Shown here: positions 21,994-36,444 of the stretch, in pieces | How the letters are laid out: each line of letters starts with the position of its first letter | How positions within the stretch are numbered: position 1 is the first letter of the stretch | Source: Azolla caroliniana | Lineage: Eukaryota > Plantae > Polypodiophyta | Assembly (NCBI GenBank): GCA_043228905.1 | Contig: JBHGNT010000001.1 | Span: 7,688,001 to 7,752,000, forward strand | Reading direction: 5' to 3' | Length of the DNA stretch: 64,000 nucleotides | Notes under the pieces: model-generated | What the model saw: the letters and a program-made list of their open reading frames with translations, nothing else | What the model was told of the DNA's origin: nothing | The model's database searches: none | Translations under genes and position numbers: made by a program

Positions 21994-24133
21994 TATTCTT
22001 TGTGATGGACACTCGTATTGGCACTTCATGGTTTTGTGGGCTGAGTGTGCAAGAGGTGAACCCCTCCCTAGAAAAAGTTGTAATACACCTCAACCATATC
22101 GAGGATGAAGACAACCACTTGGGGAAAGGGGGTTCTATCAAATGAACACATTCCTCCTCACAAAGAACACGATGGAAACCTTGAAAAGACAAGCTGGTGG
22201 TGAGAACACGGGATACGAGTTATTTGTGCCCACATATTACGGCACACAACTAAAGCAAGGGAGCATTTGTGTCGGTAGTTACACATGAGAGAACGAATAG
22301 ACCCACCCTTAGGAAAAGCCTATTTTGGGAATGCGATTATGTTGACCATAGCGGTTGCCACGACGGGGGAGCTCAAGGATGAGGATCTCATGGTTACAAC
22401 TCAACGTATACATAGATCTATACGTGGTTGTAATAGCGAGACATTTCATAGTTGGCTCCATTGGGTGGAGATCTATGGTGGTGGTGCCATCTTTGAAGGA
22501 TGTTTATTCAATGGTGCACGTATTGGAGTATCAAGTTCCCATAACTTTCCAATTTTTAAACTTAACTTTGGTTGGGGTAAACCTTTGGCATGTCGAATTC
22601 CAATTATGGATGATGTACGAAAAATTGTATTCTTTCCTAGTGGCGATATTACGGGTAATATTGAAGTTCTTTTGCCTTTACCTACTCATGTTATTCATCG
22701 ACTACAAAGTGAGGACATGTTTGTCAATCCTTAAGATAATTAATGGTGTTCATCGTTCCTTTACCCATTTTGATTTTAAAACATTTGAGTTTTGCTTGTG
22801 AGGTCGTAAGCTTATGAACAATATTTTAATGATAATTAAGCTATGTTGATGTAATGCTAATGCATTTGTAGCTCATTAGACATAATTCTAATGTTGATGG
22901 GGCATATGTAGGAGGAAGCCTTTGATTGATATATTACTTTCCACTCAATGTGCAAGAAGATTGCATTGTGTGCAAAATTTGAACCTTTTGGTTTGGGCAT
23001 TTTACCAATATAACACTTAATATAGGAATATTCCAACAAGCCGTTAGTTCAACGAGGAAGCAAACGAGTATTAACAAATCATGGCACCTTTTTCACAAAA
23101 GTTAATGAATTATGACAACGTTGTGAATATAATGTCGATGGAATTCATCCAAGAAAACTATTGAAATCAGGTCAAAACAATCAATTGAACATTATACATT
23201 CTCATTGTCTAAGACAACGTGTTGTCTAAGTTTTGAAAAGCGTTGCTTGATATGGTGCCTACTACCAATTGAGTTTGCATGTCGATGACTTTATGACATA
23301 TTGGCACGCTTTTCTTGACTACCAATGTTGGACGATGTTAATGCTTGAACAATTTGAACTAAATTGTAAATATGTGTCTCAAGCAATCGCAAAGTTTGAT
23401 TTAAAGTAGCAAGCAAGCATTCGTTTTTTTTATCAAGAACATTTACAAAAGTAAAAAAATGTTGTTTCGTAAATATGCCATTGTTAGTGTAACTAGCAAC
23501 GTTTTTATTTTGTATCCAACACATCATGTGTCATGATAATGTCCGTTTCTGTCCATAGTGTTCAAGGTGGATGTTTTTTTTCTTCATACATAGGATCATT
23601 ATATTCTTGCTATGAATATGTGATGTAAAATATAGTAAGTACATCGAAGTCTATGTGGGACACCAAATTGAATAATTGTAAAATTTGGCAAGTTCCTTCA
23701 ACTCTGAGCATGTGATACACTCTCGCTTAAAAAATAACAAACAGATCGATGGCCATTTGTTCTGCCGACACGAGTTTTAAGTTTGAGCGGCCAAACATCT
23801 ACCCCCCTAACCCAGAAGAACTCTTATTGGTTTGTGTCTTCGTGGACTTCTAGAAGTTGATTCCTCCAAATAAAATAGAACGAATACCTTAATAGGCTTC
23901 TATATGTTTCCAAATCAAAAAGTGCAAAAAGTTTTACGCACCGCGATCGTGTCACATGGGATGTGGAGCCCACCTTTGAATGCTACAATTTTATATGACA
24001 TATAACTTGAAAGTGATGGAGCTTAAAGATTGGGAAGAGAAAAAAGTCATGGATGGATCGTTGATAAGCTCAAGAAATGGCGTGTCAGACTAAGACAAGA
24101 GATTAGAGAAAGAGAGAGTAGGGGGGGAGAGAC

Positions 24134-25748
24134 ATGGCATATGTGCAGGTTGATCAAGATATAAGAGTGCGGGTTGTGAAGGAAGAGATGGTGAGGCCGA
24201 GCAACAGGATAAGGAGAACCAGCAATGGAAGTTGGGATGGCGAATCGCGTGTGGAACGAATGTTTCTATCGGCCATGGACACGATGGGCCCCAAGGCTCC
24301 ACACTTCGGTCGAATTCTCTTCTACGAGGCGAGCCGCACACTAGGCTTTGGTGGACATCATGAAGACATGGAAGAGGAGATCATGAAGAGGTCTTTGGGA
24401 TTCGCATTGGACGAGTTCTACCCACTGGCGGGGCGCCTCCATGCAGGTGCCGATGGCCGGCTCCACGTGGTGTGCGATGACACAGGTGTCCCTTTCGTGG
24501 AGGCCGTGGTTGAGGGCAACATAACATTGATGGATCTCAAGCAATCCTGGGGCTTCCAATGGCAACCTTTCTTCACCCAGCTGGCCCCAAGTGTAGATCC
24601 AGAAGACTATTGCTCTGCACCTCCATTGATTGTCCAGGTGTGAACAAACATCTCACCTTTGATCTCTCTTTACACACTTACATCATACATTGGGCCTTCA
24701 GGCCTATATGGGGACCCACACATTTCGACCATAACCATGAGCTAGTCCCCGTCTCATAGAAAGCTATTGGTCTCTTGTGGATTTTAGAAAGATATCTATC
24801 TATCAAACACAACTCCCACACACATATGTATGTATGTATGTATTCTCCATAGTTTCAATTTTCTCTTTTTTTGTTAAAATTCAGATTTCCAGATTCAAGT
24901 GTGGAGGCATTGCACTTGGGGTTTCCCGAAGCCATATACTTTGTGATGGACACTCGTTTTGGCACTTCATGGTTTCGTGGGCCGAGTGTGCAAGAGGGGA
25001 ACCCATCTCATTGCCTCCGATTCATAATCGTTCTTTGTTGAAGATTGATAACCCATGCCTAGAGAAAGCTGTATTACACCTCGCCCATATAGAGGATGAA
25101 GACAACCACATGGGGCAAGGGGATTCTATAAAAATGAACACATTCCTCTTCACCAAGGACATGATGGAATCCTTGAAAAGACAGGTTGGTGGTGAGAACA
25201 CGGCGTACGAGGTTATTTGTGCCCACATATGGCGCCACATATCTAAAGCAAGGGAACATTTGGATGATAAGAAAGTAGGCTTTGTTTCAGTAGTTAACAT
25301 GAGAGAACGAATAGACCCACCCTTAGGAAAGGCCTATTTTGGGAATGCAGTTATGTTCACCATAGCGGTTGCCATGGCAGGGGAGCTCAAGGATGAAGAT
25401 CTCGTCGTTACAGCTCAACGTATACACAGATCTATACGTGGTTGTAATACCGAAACATTTCATAGTTGGCTCCATTGGGTGGAGATCTATGGCGGTGATG
25501 CCATCTTTGAAAGAATTTTACGCAATGGCGCACGTGTTGGAACATCAAGCTCCCATAATTTTCCTATTTTTAAACTTAATTTTGGTTGGGGTAAACCTTT
25601 GGCATGTCGAATTCCAAGTATGCATGATGTAGGAACACTTGTATTCTTTCCTAGTGGCGATATTCATGGTAATATCGAAGTTCTTTTGCCTCTACCTACT
25701 CATGTTATGCATCGACTAGAAAGTGATGACATGTTTTTCAATCCGTAA
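24134..25748 (+). CDS. BAHD acyltransferase, type B, intact (exon 1 24134-24637, intron 24638-24884, exon 2 24885-25748; 455 aa)
   Basis: GT-AG intron at the conserved Q site; HILCDG, YFGNA and NFGWG present; 504+864 nt open. Confidence 0.93.
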
Positions 25749-28083
25749 GCCAATTTATGGTGTTCATCGTTTGCTTTACCCATTTCGAGTTTGAAACATT
25801 TGAGTTGTGATTGTGTATGTGTGAGGTTGTAAGCTTATGAACAATATTTTAATGATAATTAAGATATGTTGATGTAATACTAATGCATTTTGTAGCTCAT
25901 TAGTCATAATTCTAATGTTCATTGGGCATGTGTAGGAGGAAGTCTTTGATTGATGTATTACTTTCCACTCAATGTGCGAGAAGATTGCATTGTGTGCAAA
26001 AGTTGAATCTTTTGGTTGGAGGATTTTACCAATATAACAGTAATTATAGGAACATCCCATGAGTTTGACGAGGACGTAAAAAGTGTATTAACAAATCATG
26101 GTACCTTTTTCACAAAAGTTAATGAATTATGACAACCTTTGTGTATGTAATGCCAAGGACACAAAAGTGTATTAACAAATGATGGCACCTTTTCCACAAA
26201 AGCTAATGAATTATGAGAACCTTTGTGTATGTAATGTGGATAGAATACATCCCACCTTTGTGGACAACCTTTGTGTTTCTGTCCGTAGTGGTTCAAGGTG
26301 GATGATCAAGGTGGATGATCTTTATCTTCATACATAAGAAGATCAGTAGATTCTTGCTAAGCCCTTTCCTTCGCCTGATGAATTGGATTGACTGGAATGA
26401 TTGGAGGCAAAAGCAATGGGCAGGCTACTTGGACAGGCAATGATTGGAGGCAAGCAAAGCATTGGGCAAGTTTCTTCCATTCTTCCTGCTCTTTGCACGT
26501 CTCTTCTCTTAACTTCCATCTTTCTAGTCTTGTGACTCCTTTTGCGCACTTTCTTTCTTGCTTCTTGCTCAAGGCTCATCTTATCTCATGTAAAGGTTTT
26601 ACTCATGTCATTCTCTCATGCACAAATAAATGCTTGCTTCATAAATATATGCCTTGGAAAGTCTCAAAGGGAAACACTGTAAGAACGCCAAGAAGCTTTT
26701 AAGTACTTAATGAGTTTAAATTAGCTAAATAGAAGGTATCACAAGATCTACAGTCATGCAAAGGGCTTATTTGTAAAAAAAATGAGAACTTGCAAAGTAT
26801 ATGCAATAAATCCTCCATACCCAAGAGAAAGCATATGCTTGTGCTGAATCTTGGAGAAAACTAATGGGGGAAACACATTATGAGTTATGGTAGCTTAACC
26901 CAGGAGAGGTGTGACGCACTGTAGAAATCCATAACATGTTCAAAGATATGGTAGCTTAACCCAAGGGTGGTGTAGTGCATTGTGAGAATCTATAACATGT
27001 TCAGAGTTATGATATCTTCGCCCAAGAGTAAGAATCTATATATTTAATCAAATATGGGAAAGATTGTACATATCATTGTTCTATTTAGTATTTCATTGCT
27101 TCTTTGCCATTAGGATATATATGGAAGGTTCAAGTAATTGGCCACCCACTAGAAAGAAACAAGAATTGGGCTGGCCAATGTTAGTTGACTTGAGGCATTA
27201 ATGTCCATTTCATGGATATGGAAAGGAAAAAGCTTCCCTATTCTAGAGAAGGACACTCAAGGGTGTGTGACAAAATATATCTAGATGAAGGTCTTGCACC
27301 AAAACAAGTAGCATACTGTGAAGAAATTATGCCATGAGTTCTCCATTCAAGAAGAGAAAAAAAAGGTTCTCTAAAATGGTGGGCGTGGTTATATTATGTG
27401 CAAGATACGTGCATAAACATTGTATGGCCCATGAGACCTCATGCATGTCTACATAGAATTACAGTGGTATATTAAAGATACTTTCTAGAACACATATATT
27501 GTATTTAAACAAAGATACTTGAACTTAAACCACCGAGCACTTGTACTTGGATCACTAGAACCAATAATTGAAGCATTGTTCAAGAATTGAAAATCTTGTC
27601 TCTTAAATCATTCAAATGACTTTAATACTACACCTGATATTTGACACCCAACATAGCGTGCCAAATGAAAACTTTCATTTTCTTACGTTAGTGTTCAAGG
27701 TGGATCATCTTTTTCTTTATGTATAAGACAGTTATCTTCTTCCTGTGAAAGTGATATAAATGTCGAAAGCAAGTCCTCCCTAGTGTGTTAAATTAGTTAT
27801 CCCATCAATGAAATCAGCTAACGTGATTGAAGGCTGCCATTGAAGTGTTTGCTGAAAATTATTATGTGATTAATGTTGTGTTGTTTTTAATAAAAATAGA
27901 TCAAAATAAAGCTGCATAATAAAGTCAATGTTCTCATAGTTGTGATGTTGTATGGGTGAGGTAATGAGATAGGTGTTCAATTTGTTTAACTCTTAATAAT
28001 TTCCATTGCTGCTTTAATTAATGTATGATGAAGTGCCATCTTATTGCAATGACAAGTTCTTAGTCTTTTGTATTGAAATTTAG

Positions 28084-28950
28084 GTCTCAAGGTTTGATTG
28101 TGGTGGAATTGCACTTGGGATTGCACACAGTCATGTCCTTTGTGATGGTACCTCATTGTGGCACTTCATGAGCTCATGGGCAGAGTGTGCCAGAGGTGAA
28201 GCCATTTCCATACCTCCAGTTCATACACGTTCTTTATTGAAGATTGAGAACCCATCACCAGAAAAAGCAAGAATACACCTTGAACATGTGGACGACGACG
28301 ATGTCAAAAATATTGGTCAAACAGTTTCTGTAAAAATGAACACTTTCTGCTTCACTAAAGACATGATCACAAGGTTGAAAAATAAAGTCGGTGGTCAAAA
28401 CACATCATATGAGATAATATGTGCTCACATATGGCGGCATACCACAAAAGCTAGGGAACATTTGCATGGCAAGAAAGTCGGCTTCATTTCGATCGTTAAC
28501 ATGAGAGAAGGAGCTGACCCACCCTTAGGAAAAGCCTATTTTGGGAATGCATTTATGTGGACAATTGCCACCGCAACATCTGTGGAACTCGAGGAAGAGG
28601 ACCTTGCCTCAACAGCTGAACGTATACATAGATCTTTGATTTCTTGTACTAAGGAAACCTTTCATAATTGGCTCCATTGGTTGTAGGTATACGATCGAGA
28701 TGCCATGTTTGAATGTTGCTCCCTCAATAATGCACGTATTCGAGCATCGAGCTCTCATAATTTTCCTGTCTTCAAAGTTGACTTTGGTTGGGGGAAACCT
28801 CTGGCAGCTCAATTACCGAGTGCTGATGATCCAGGAAAGATTATTGTCTTCCTTGGTAAAGATATTCCTGGTAATATTGATGTAGTCTTGGCTTTACCCA
28901 CCCATGTCATGAATCGACTAGAAAGTAACAAAGCCTTTACAAATCCTTAG
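28084..28950 (+). pseudogene. Orphan exon 2 of the divergent type-C BAHD gene, with an internal TAG at 28684-28686 and exon 1 deleted
   Basis: After TTTAG| it reads VSRFDCGGIALGIAHSHVLCDGTSLWHFMSSWAEC...YFGNA...HWL*VYD...VDFGWGKP...AFTNP*. Confidence 0.9.
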
Positions 28951-30658
28951 GCCAACAATGCTTGCCCTATTTATTATTAAGGCTTCATACATTCAAATGG
29001 TGGGTACATGCAAACCATAATAATCTTGTTATTAAGATTGATGAATGATCTTCCAATAATTTTGTGATTGTCAGAGTATATCATACATTGCCAAAACACT
29101 TGATGTCATCAGTATGCACGTGAGAATTAACTTGTAAATTCTGAGTTTTGAAGTTCCAATATGTTATGGCTATTCTAATTTGCAATTATATTGGTCAGGA
29201 TAACTGGTTGTACTCCCTACCAAATAGCTTGCACCACATCCCTCGGTCTGGATGGATGGATCTTTTTGTAGACCTCTTCCATCGGAACCAAGCTTGAGTT
29301 TCCTACCTCATGGCTCTAACAAATGTTTCCAGTTGGCTCATGAGCAAACTATCCCTGTGGATGAGGAAAGATAGTAAACCAATTTCTGATTTGTAGAAGA
29401 GTTAGAACTAGTTACAATGTGGGTTTTGAACCCTTCCTCTTTCCAGATGTTCTTTCCATACTCAAGAGAAGGATTTGTATACCTGTATATGTAAACATCC
29501 CTCTAAGGCAAATTATCTTATTACTCGTGAATATCGATTCATTCGGATAGATTGTTCCTTTGGGATTTTGAACTATCCTATTCCTTCTGAATATGGATCC
29601 ATTCAGATAGATGGTTCCTTTGGGATTTTCTACTACATGGTTCATAACCCCTATTTTTCCAATCGACCTTACTACAGAACATATGGTGTAACTTCTAAAC
29701 TCAATTGTACCATATCTTTAATGATGAATCTTTATAGTGCTAAATCTTTCCATTTAATCAACATTTTATTTCAACCTAGTGGTAAGTTCCATTATGAACT
29801 CTAAGCCTTCAGTTCAAGGCTTGATGATCATACCTCCGGTAACATTGCCCACAAACAACCTTAGCAGGCATTGATTGTCATTCCGGGTTCAAACCCCCAG
29901 TACATTGGTAGATATATAATATTCGTATGAAGCAAGCATGTAGACCTTGTGGCCAAATTCTCCCAAAATGCATTAGATGTAAAAAAACAGAAGACTACAA
30001 AAAACATTTAGTTTTTTCCAACTATTAACTAAATATTTAGTGTGGCTATAATTTATAGATAAAAAAAAGTCTCATACTGCAGTATAAACAAAATATACAT
30101 CACTTTTATTATTATAGACTTCTCTTTTATAGCATGAAACGTGCCCAAGAAAACCTTCAACACGAACAACAAAAGCCTCATTCAAATGTATTAGAGCTAA
30201 CAAAATCGAAGCTCAACAAGTTCCATTTATTTCTCTTATCATAGGAACAAAGTATCACAAAATTTGGGAAGTTGATTGGGTCATGCCATTGCTCTTAGAG
30301 AAACGGCCCTCTTCGCAGCACGCACAATGTCATCGATCTACAACCATGAAAACCCTTGAATTAGTGTTTCATGTCCACTTCTGAATGATTCAAGGAAAAC
30401 CAAAATGTCCAAAATGACCAAACCAAACCCCAAGGTTACCTCCATATTTTTGGAATGATAAACAAACATCAAGAGTGCAAGTGAAACCCTAAACCACGAA
30501 ATCCGCAAAAGTGCAAGTGAAGCCCATGGACTAATGTTTTAACTCCACATTTTCTGAACATATTTTGAGCACTTAACTTATAAGCCATTACATTAACTAA
30601 TGTTACACAAAAGCTTCTTGAAAGAGGGAAGAAACTACGGAAGAACACCAAAATACCC

Positions 30659-31350
30659 CTAAGTTTCTATGAGTTCCAAGAATGCCCCTCTGCAAATTGC
30701 CCAAGTCTCTGGAGCATGTGTGGAGAAAATCTGGCCATGGTCGTTGTCGACGCTTGTTATCTTGTTTAAAGTCACCTCCTCGATGTCGTCTTTAGCAGCT
30801 AGATCCTCAATTACTCTAGCCTCGCTCTCTTTATCTCCATTGATGCAAGCTTCGATTTGGCTGGTTCCATCATCCGTTGTTTCGAACTCGACGCATGTTC
30901 CGAAACATTTGACCTCCTTTGAAATGGCCTTCATCGTCCTCGAGTCATCATCAATCTTCTTTTCATGTTGGATGCGTTCTTTAGGAGTCTCGACTTCTTT
31001 AGATGGTTTTGCTTTTTGTACGCTTGGTCTTACCAAGTCAATATCATGGAGCCATTGATGATGCCTGTCGATCTTGTTGCATGCTTGCTTCATCGCAACC
31101 CAGTCCGCCACAAGCCCGTTCACTTGGGTATCATCTTCCAGGAGAGTCCCCAACTCTCATCTATCCTTCATATCCACAACCTTCAAGAAGTACAAACTCT
31201 TGTCTTTCTCAAGTAGCACTTGGTCCATGGCGGGGAGACAACCAAACATCTGGTTGAACTCGTTGTATACCCTCGAGACGCTCGTCTTCTTATTTTTCTT
31301 CTCTATCCATTTCATGAGGACATTTCGAGTCATCCTCGTCGAGTCAGGAC
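30659..31350 (-). mobile_element. Degenerate retrotransposon gag-like ORF (~230 codons, one internal TGA)
   Basis: Longer copy of 9290-9715; it includes the 164-aa ORF 30659-31153. Confidence 0.5.
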
Positions 31351-34137
31351 GCGCGCATGCGTGGATGCGTACACTACTACGCGGTCGGGAGTTTTGCGCG
31401 CGGACACGTCTATGATTTGGTTGCGACGTACATACGGATTGCGCACGGGCTAAACTTTATGGATGATTGTGTCATTCGGCCGAATTATACGGACAATCGC
31501 ATGCAACCAAAAGCCAAGGCCATGCAACTAAAAGTAAAAGGCATGCATCTAAAAATGGAAGCATGCAACTAAAAGCAGAGGCCATGCAACTAAAAATAGA
31601 GGCCATCCAACTAAAAGTGGGCATGCAAAGTAACATTGGGGAGGAGGATCAACGAGGAGCTGGATATATGTCCCATTTTTTCCCTCCTAGTTTTTTTTCT
31701 TCCTTCTTTTCTTCTTCCCTCTTGGATTCGAGAATCAAATTATCTCACATATTGATATCAAACTCCTAGCTTTGTTTACTTGATCTTTCTTGTCAAAAAT
31801 GATCTCTCGTACCAATCTTCAAACCGTTGACATTTTCACGAAATCTTTGGGAATTGACAAGTTTCGATTGAGCTTGGTCTTTCGATCTACGACTTGCCGA
31901 GCTTGAGAGGGAGTGATAGCCAACCGGTGTTGTGATGTGGCGCACCGAACGTGGGAAAAGTCGATGAACAAGGGCCAAAATGTGTATGTGCAATGTCCAT
32001 GCACACAGGCAATTATTTGTGCACATGCTATTTATAATGGAAAATGAAGGGCGCGAAGGAGGCACACAAAATCATGGGGGGTGGAAAGAAAGAGAGAGGA
32101 GAGATGAAAAGTAGGAGAGAGAAGGAAACAGTCTGTGTATTTTTTGATATAGAATAAATATTAAGTAAGAGAGAATTAATGGCTTAGTGATTAAAGAAAT
32201 TGACCTTTAACTAGAGATGCACAATTCGAATCCAATTTGACAATATTACATGATTTAAGGAGACTTACTCCTTTTGCATTAAATCCAAATGGATAAAAGG
32301 AGTACAAGGGGGCTCATTTTTGGGAGGAGACTATCGCCATTTTCGTTTTGAGAGCTCTTCATTTTTATCTTCACCATTTTGGGGAGAAACTCTTACTCTT
32401 CCTTGGTCTATTAATTACTAATAAACTCTTAACAATGACACATGAGCTTCTATAGTTGCTAGAGAGTGAGTGAGTGGTTTAGTGAGAGGGTGACCTTGTA
32501 TAAAGCACCCTCCTCATACTTTGTAAAGTGTCGGTTAATCTTCTATGTAATGCTATTATCCTTGTTCTTGCTATTCTCTACTCATTGTCAATATACATCT
32601 TGAGTATTCTATTTTCCTATCTATCTTGTGTCTCTCCTCTCTCCTTTTTCACACACATATAACACACATCTCTAATATATTCCGTTGGATAAAATCACAC
32701 TCGATTCTTTACACGTCATTATATATCATTCTTTCCTATAGTGTTGATGTAGGATCATTGCCTTAGGTCAAGCAATAGGTATCAAATATCTCTTAACACA
32801 AATTGCAACAGATATGTATCAAATACTTGTGCTCTAATCTCCACATGCTAGGTTTCTCTCAAGTAACAACTACTCAAATTCATAGTAATGGTTGAGGCAA
32901 CGTTAATTTTCTTCATACCTATGTTGAAATCTTGGTATTTGAAAAGGCGAAGATTGCAATTTCCTCCTCTTGATAGTAAAATAAATCACATGGTGACTTT
33001 TTGTATTTTCAATGGCTACTACCATGACTTTAGAAAAACCCACATTAACTAATAGGCCATTCCATTCACAAAGAGGTAGCATGTTGTACCTAAAAGTTTT
33101 CGAAACTTATGTTAAAATGGGCCAAAAACTAGAACCTCCCATTTATAAATAGAAAGTAAGATAGTGAAAATGTTAAAAAGCCAAACTTTTCTCGCGTTCT
33201 ACCAAAGTTTCTTGAATGAACTCTTCTTGTTAACCAACAAATAAAACAAATAGAGTAGGCGATAAACCACATCCTTATTTCACTCCCATGGTGAGCATGA
33301 TCTCTTTAGAGACGTTATTTTCAATCTTTAACCAACATTTTACTTGACAATATAAGCGAGTCAAATTTGTTTCCACATGGAAAATAAGTAGCTTCCTCTA
33401 AATAAAATAGATGTCAATATAACTTGAGGGGAGAATGAATACCTAAATATGCTTCTAGATGTTTTCAAAGCTCAAAAACTACACTTACTATTTGTGAAAT
33501 TAGCGAACTAGTTTTGTCAATGTGCATGATGAGTAGACTTGTCTATAACTAACATGTTTATGTTTTGTCTATAACACCTGTAGTTTTGTGCGGAAAAATA
33601 GAAGTCCGTGTAAAACTGAGTTGTAATGTAGGGCCATATTGTTCTTGCAGCCAAGCCCACTATATGAGCAACAAGTGCAACAAGTCTTCATGATGATGTA
33701 CAAGAAAATATCTAGGGGGCTACAATGAAGTCATTCCATTAAAAATACAAAAAGTCCACGGACCACGATGCCCACGATGAAATCAATCCATTCTGGCTAA
33801 TCTCGATGTATTCATTTATGGCGATGGGATTGATTATTACATAGTCAAGAGTATATTTTCCAAGAGTGAGTACGTTATTCAAAATCTACATAATGTACAA
33901 ACCAAACCTATTGGATGCGGCAAAAGTAAAAGTTCAAATTTTATAATATTTATTACGCAAGATAACCCTGTCACATGGAAGTGGAGCCTCACCTTTGAAG
34001 GTTATGAGTCAGGACTTCCTCCATTAAAACAAATGGATCTTAAGGATTGGGAAAAGAAAAAAGTGATGTAGTGATGATAACCTCAAGAACTGTCGTGTAA
34101 GACTAAAACAAGCGATTAGAGAAAGAGAGGGAGAGAC

Positions 34138-34292
34138 ATGGCATATGTGCAAGTAGATCAAGAAATAAGAGAGCGGGTTGTGAAGGAAGAGATGGTGAGG
34201 TTGAGCAGCAGGAGAAGTAGAAGCAACAATGGAAGTAGGGAGGACGAATCGAGTGTGGTGGAACAAATGTTTGTGTCGCCCATCGACACAAT
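34138..34292 (+). pseudogene. A-type BAHD exon-1 5' fragment (~52 codons), truncated
   Basis: MAYVQVDQEIRERVVKEEMVRLSS...FVSPIDTM, then an abrupt switch to an inverted gag sequence. Confidence 0.88.
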
Positions 34293-34600
34293 GTGCTTCT
34301 TCCAGCACTCGCTTTCTCTGTGGCCCTTTTTACCATAGTACCAACATTCCGTGTCGGCCTTGGCTTGCCAGCCTCTGGCTCCGCCTTGACTCCCCCTACT
34401 TGTGGAGGGTCCGGAACTGTTGTTAGCACGTTCTTTGTGCCTTCGGTCCTTCTCTTGCCAGCCGCTACCATTGCGAGCCGACCCGCCTCGTCCACCACGC
34501 CCACGAGGCCGATCCGCCTCCGTGTACAACATCCAGTTGTCATTGGCTGCACTTGTTGATGCACCAGCGTGGTTCTCCTCTACAAGGATCATCAAATGTA
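34293..34600 (-). mobile_element. Inverted Ty1/copia gag fragment with a degenerate zinc knuckle
   Basis: Minus ORF ...LVEENH...RGRGGRGG...ECWYYGKKGHRESECWKK (CX2CX4HX4C with one C->Y). Confidence 0.8.
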
Positions 34601-36444
34601 AGTCGAAACATGACAACGTATTCTCCCTTGTACATACCGCCATTTTGGGGGAGACTATCGCCATTTTCGTTTTGAGAGCTCTTCATTTTTATCTTCACCA
34701 TTTTGGGGAGAAACTCTTGCTCTTCCTTGGTCTATTGATTAGTAATAAACTCTTAACAATGACACATGAGCTTCTATAGTTGCTAGAGAGTGAGTGAATG
34801 GTTTAGTGAGAGGGTGACCTTATATAAAGCACCCTCCTCGTACTTTGTAAAGTGTCGGTTAATCTTCTATGTAATGTTATTATCCTTGTACTTGCTATTC
34901 TCTACTCATGTCAATATACATCTTGAGTATTCTATTTTCCTATCTATCTTGTGTCTCTCCTCTCTCCTTTTTTACACACATATAACACACCTCTCTAATC
35001 TATTCCGCTGGATTGAATCACACTCGATTCTTTACACGTCATTATATGTCATTCTTTCCTATATTATTGATGTAAGATCATTGCCTTAGGTCAAGCACTA
35101 GGTATCAAATATCTCTTAACACAATTTGCAATAGATATGTATCAAATACTTGTGCTCTAATCTCCACGTGCTAGGTTTCTCTCAAATAACGACAACTCAA
35201 ATTCACAGTAATGGTTGAGGCAACATTAATTTTCTTCATATATTTGAAAAGGCGAAGTTGCAATTTCCTCCTCTTGATGGTAAAATATAAATCACATGGT
35301 GACTTTTTGTATTTTCAATGGCTACTACCATGACTTTGGAAAAACCCACATTAACTAATAGGCCATTCCATTCACAAAGAGGTAACATGTTGTACCTAAA
35401 AGTTTTCGAAACTTATGTTAAAATAGGCCAAAAACTAGAACCTCCTATGTATAAATTGAAACTAAGATAGTGAAAATGTTGAAAAGGCCAAATTTTCTCA
35501 CGTTCTACCAAAGCTTCTTGAATGAACTCTTCTAGTTAACCAACAAATAAAATAGATAGAGTAGGTGATAGATCACATCCTTATTTCACTCCCATGATGA
35601 GCATGATCTCTTTAGAAAAGTTATTTTCAATCTTCAACCAACATTTTACTCGATAATATAAGCGAGCCAAATTTGCTTCCACATGGAAAATACGTAGCTT
35701 CGTCTAAATAAAATAGATGTCAATATAACTTGAGGGGAGAATGAATACCTAAATATGCTTCTAGATGTTTTCAAAGCTCAAAAACTACACTTACTATTTG
35801 TGAAATTAGCGAACTAGTTGTGTCAATGTGCATGATGAGTAGACTTGTCTATAACTAACAATTTTATGTTTTGTCTATAACACCTTTAGTTTTGTGCGGA
35901 AAAACAGAAGTCCGTGTAAAGCTAAGTTGTAATGTAGGGCCATTTTGTTCTTGCGGCCAAGCCCATTATATGAGCAACAAGTGCAACAAGTCTTCGTGAT
36001 GATGTACAAGAAAATATCTAGGCGGCTATAATGAAGTCATTCCATTAAAAATACAAAAAGTCCACGGACCACGATGCCCACGATGAAATCAATCCATTCT
36101 GCCTAATCTCGGTGTATGCATTTATGGCGATGGGATTGATTATTACATAGTCAAGAGTAAATTTTCCAAGAGTGGTACGTTATTCAAAATCTACATGATG
36201 TACAACCCAAACCTATTGGATGCGGCAAAAGTAAAAGTTCAAATTTTATAATATTTATTACACAAGATGAGTACCCTGTCACATGGAAGTGGAGCCTCAC
36301 CTTTGAAGATTATGAGTTATGACTTCCTCCATTAAAACAAATGGATCTTAAGGATTGGGAAGAGAAAAAAGTGATGAAGTGATGATAAGCTCAAGAAATG
36401 TTGTGTAAGACAAAACAAGCGATTAGAGAAAGAGAGGGAGAGAC

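Larger units (their letters stand above)
15407..22734 (+). pseudogene. A-type BAHD pseudogene: doubled and truncated exon 1 (15407-~15752, restart at 15768), intron-spanning deletion, and copia insertion in the HILCD codons. The exon 2 remainder is 21994-22734.
   Basis: GGIALGVSRSHI is interrupted at 16004 and resumes as tattctttgtgatggacac at 21994. The C-terminal part is ...YFGNA...NFGWG...MFVNP*, with several deletions and frameshifts. Confidence 0.92.

Noticed and set aside
29170-29960. Possible coding relic with a ~60-bp tandem duplication (~29529-29635)
   Set aside because: All frames I tried are broken and I recognise no motif, so it cannot be classified.
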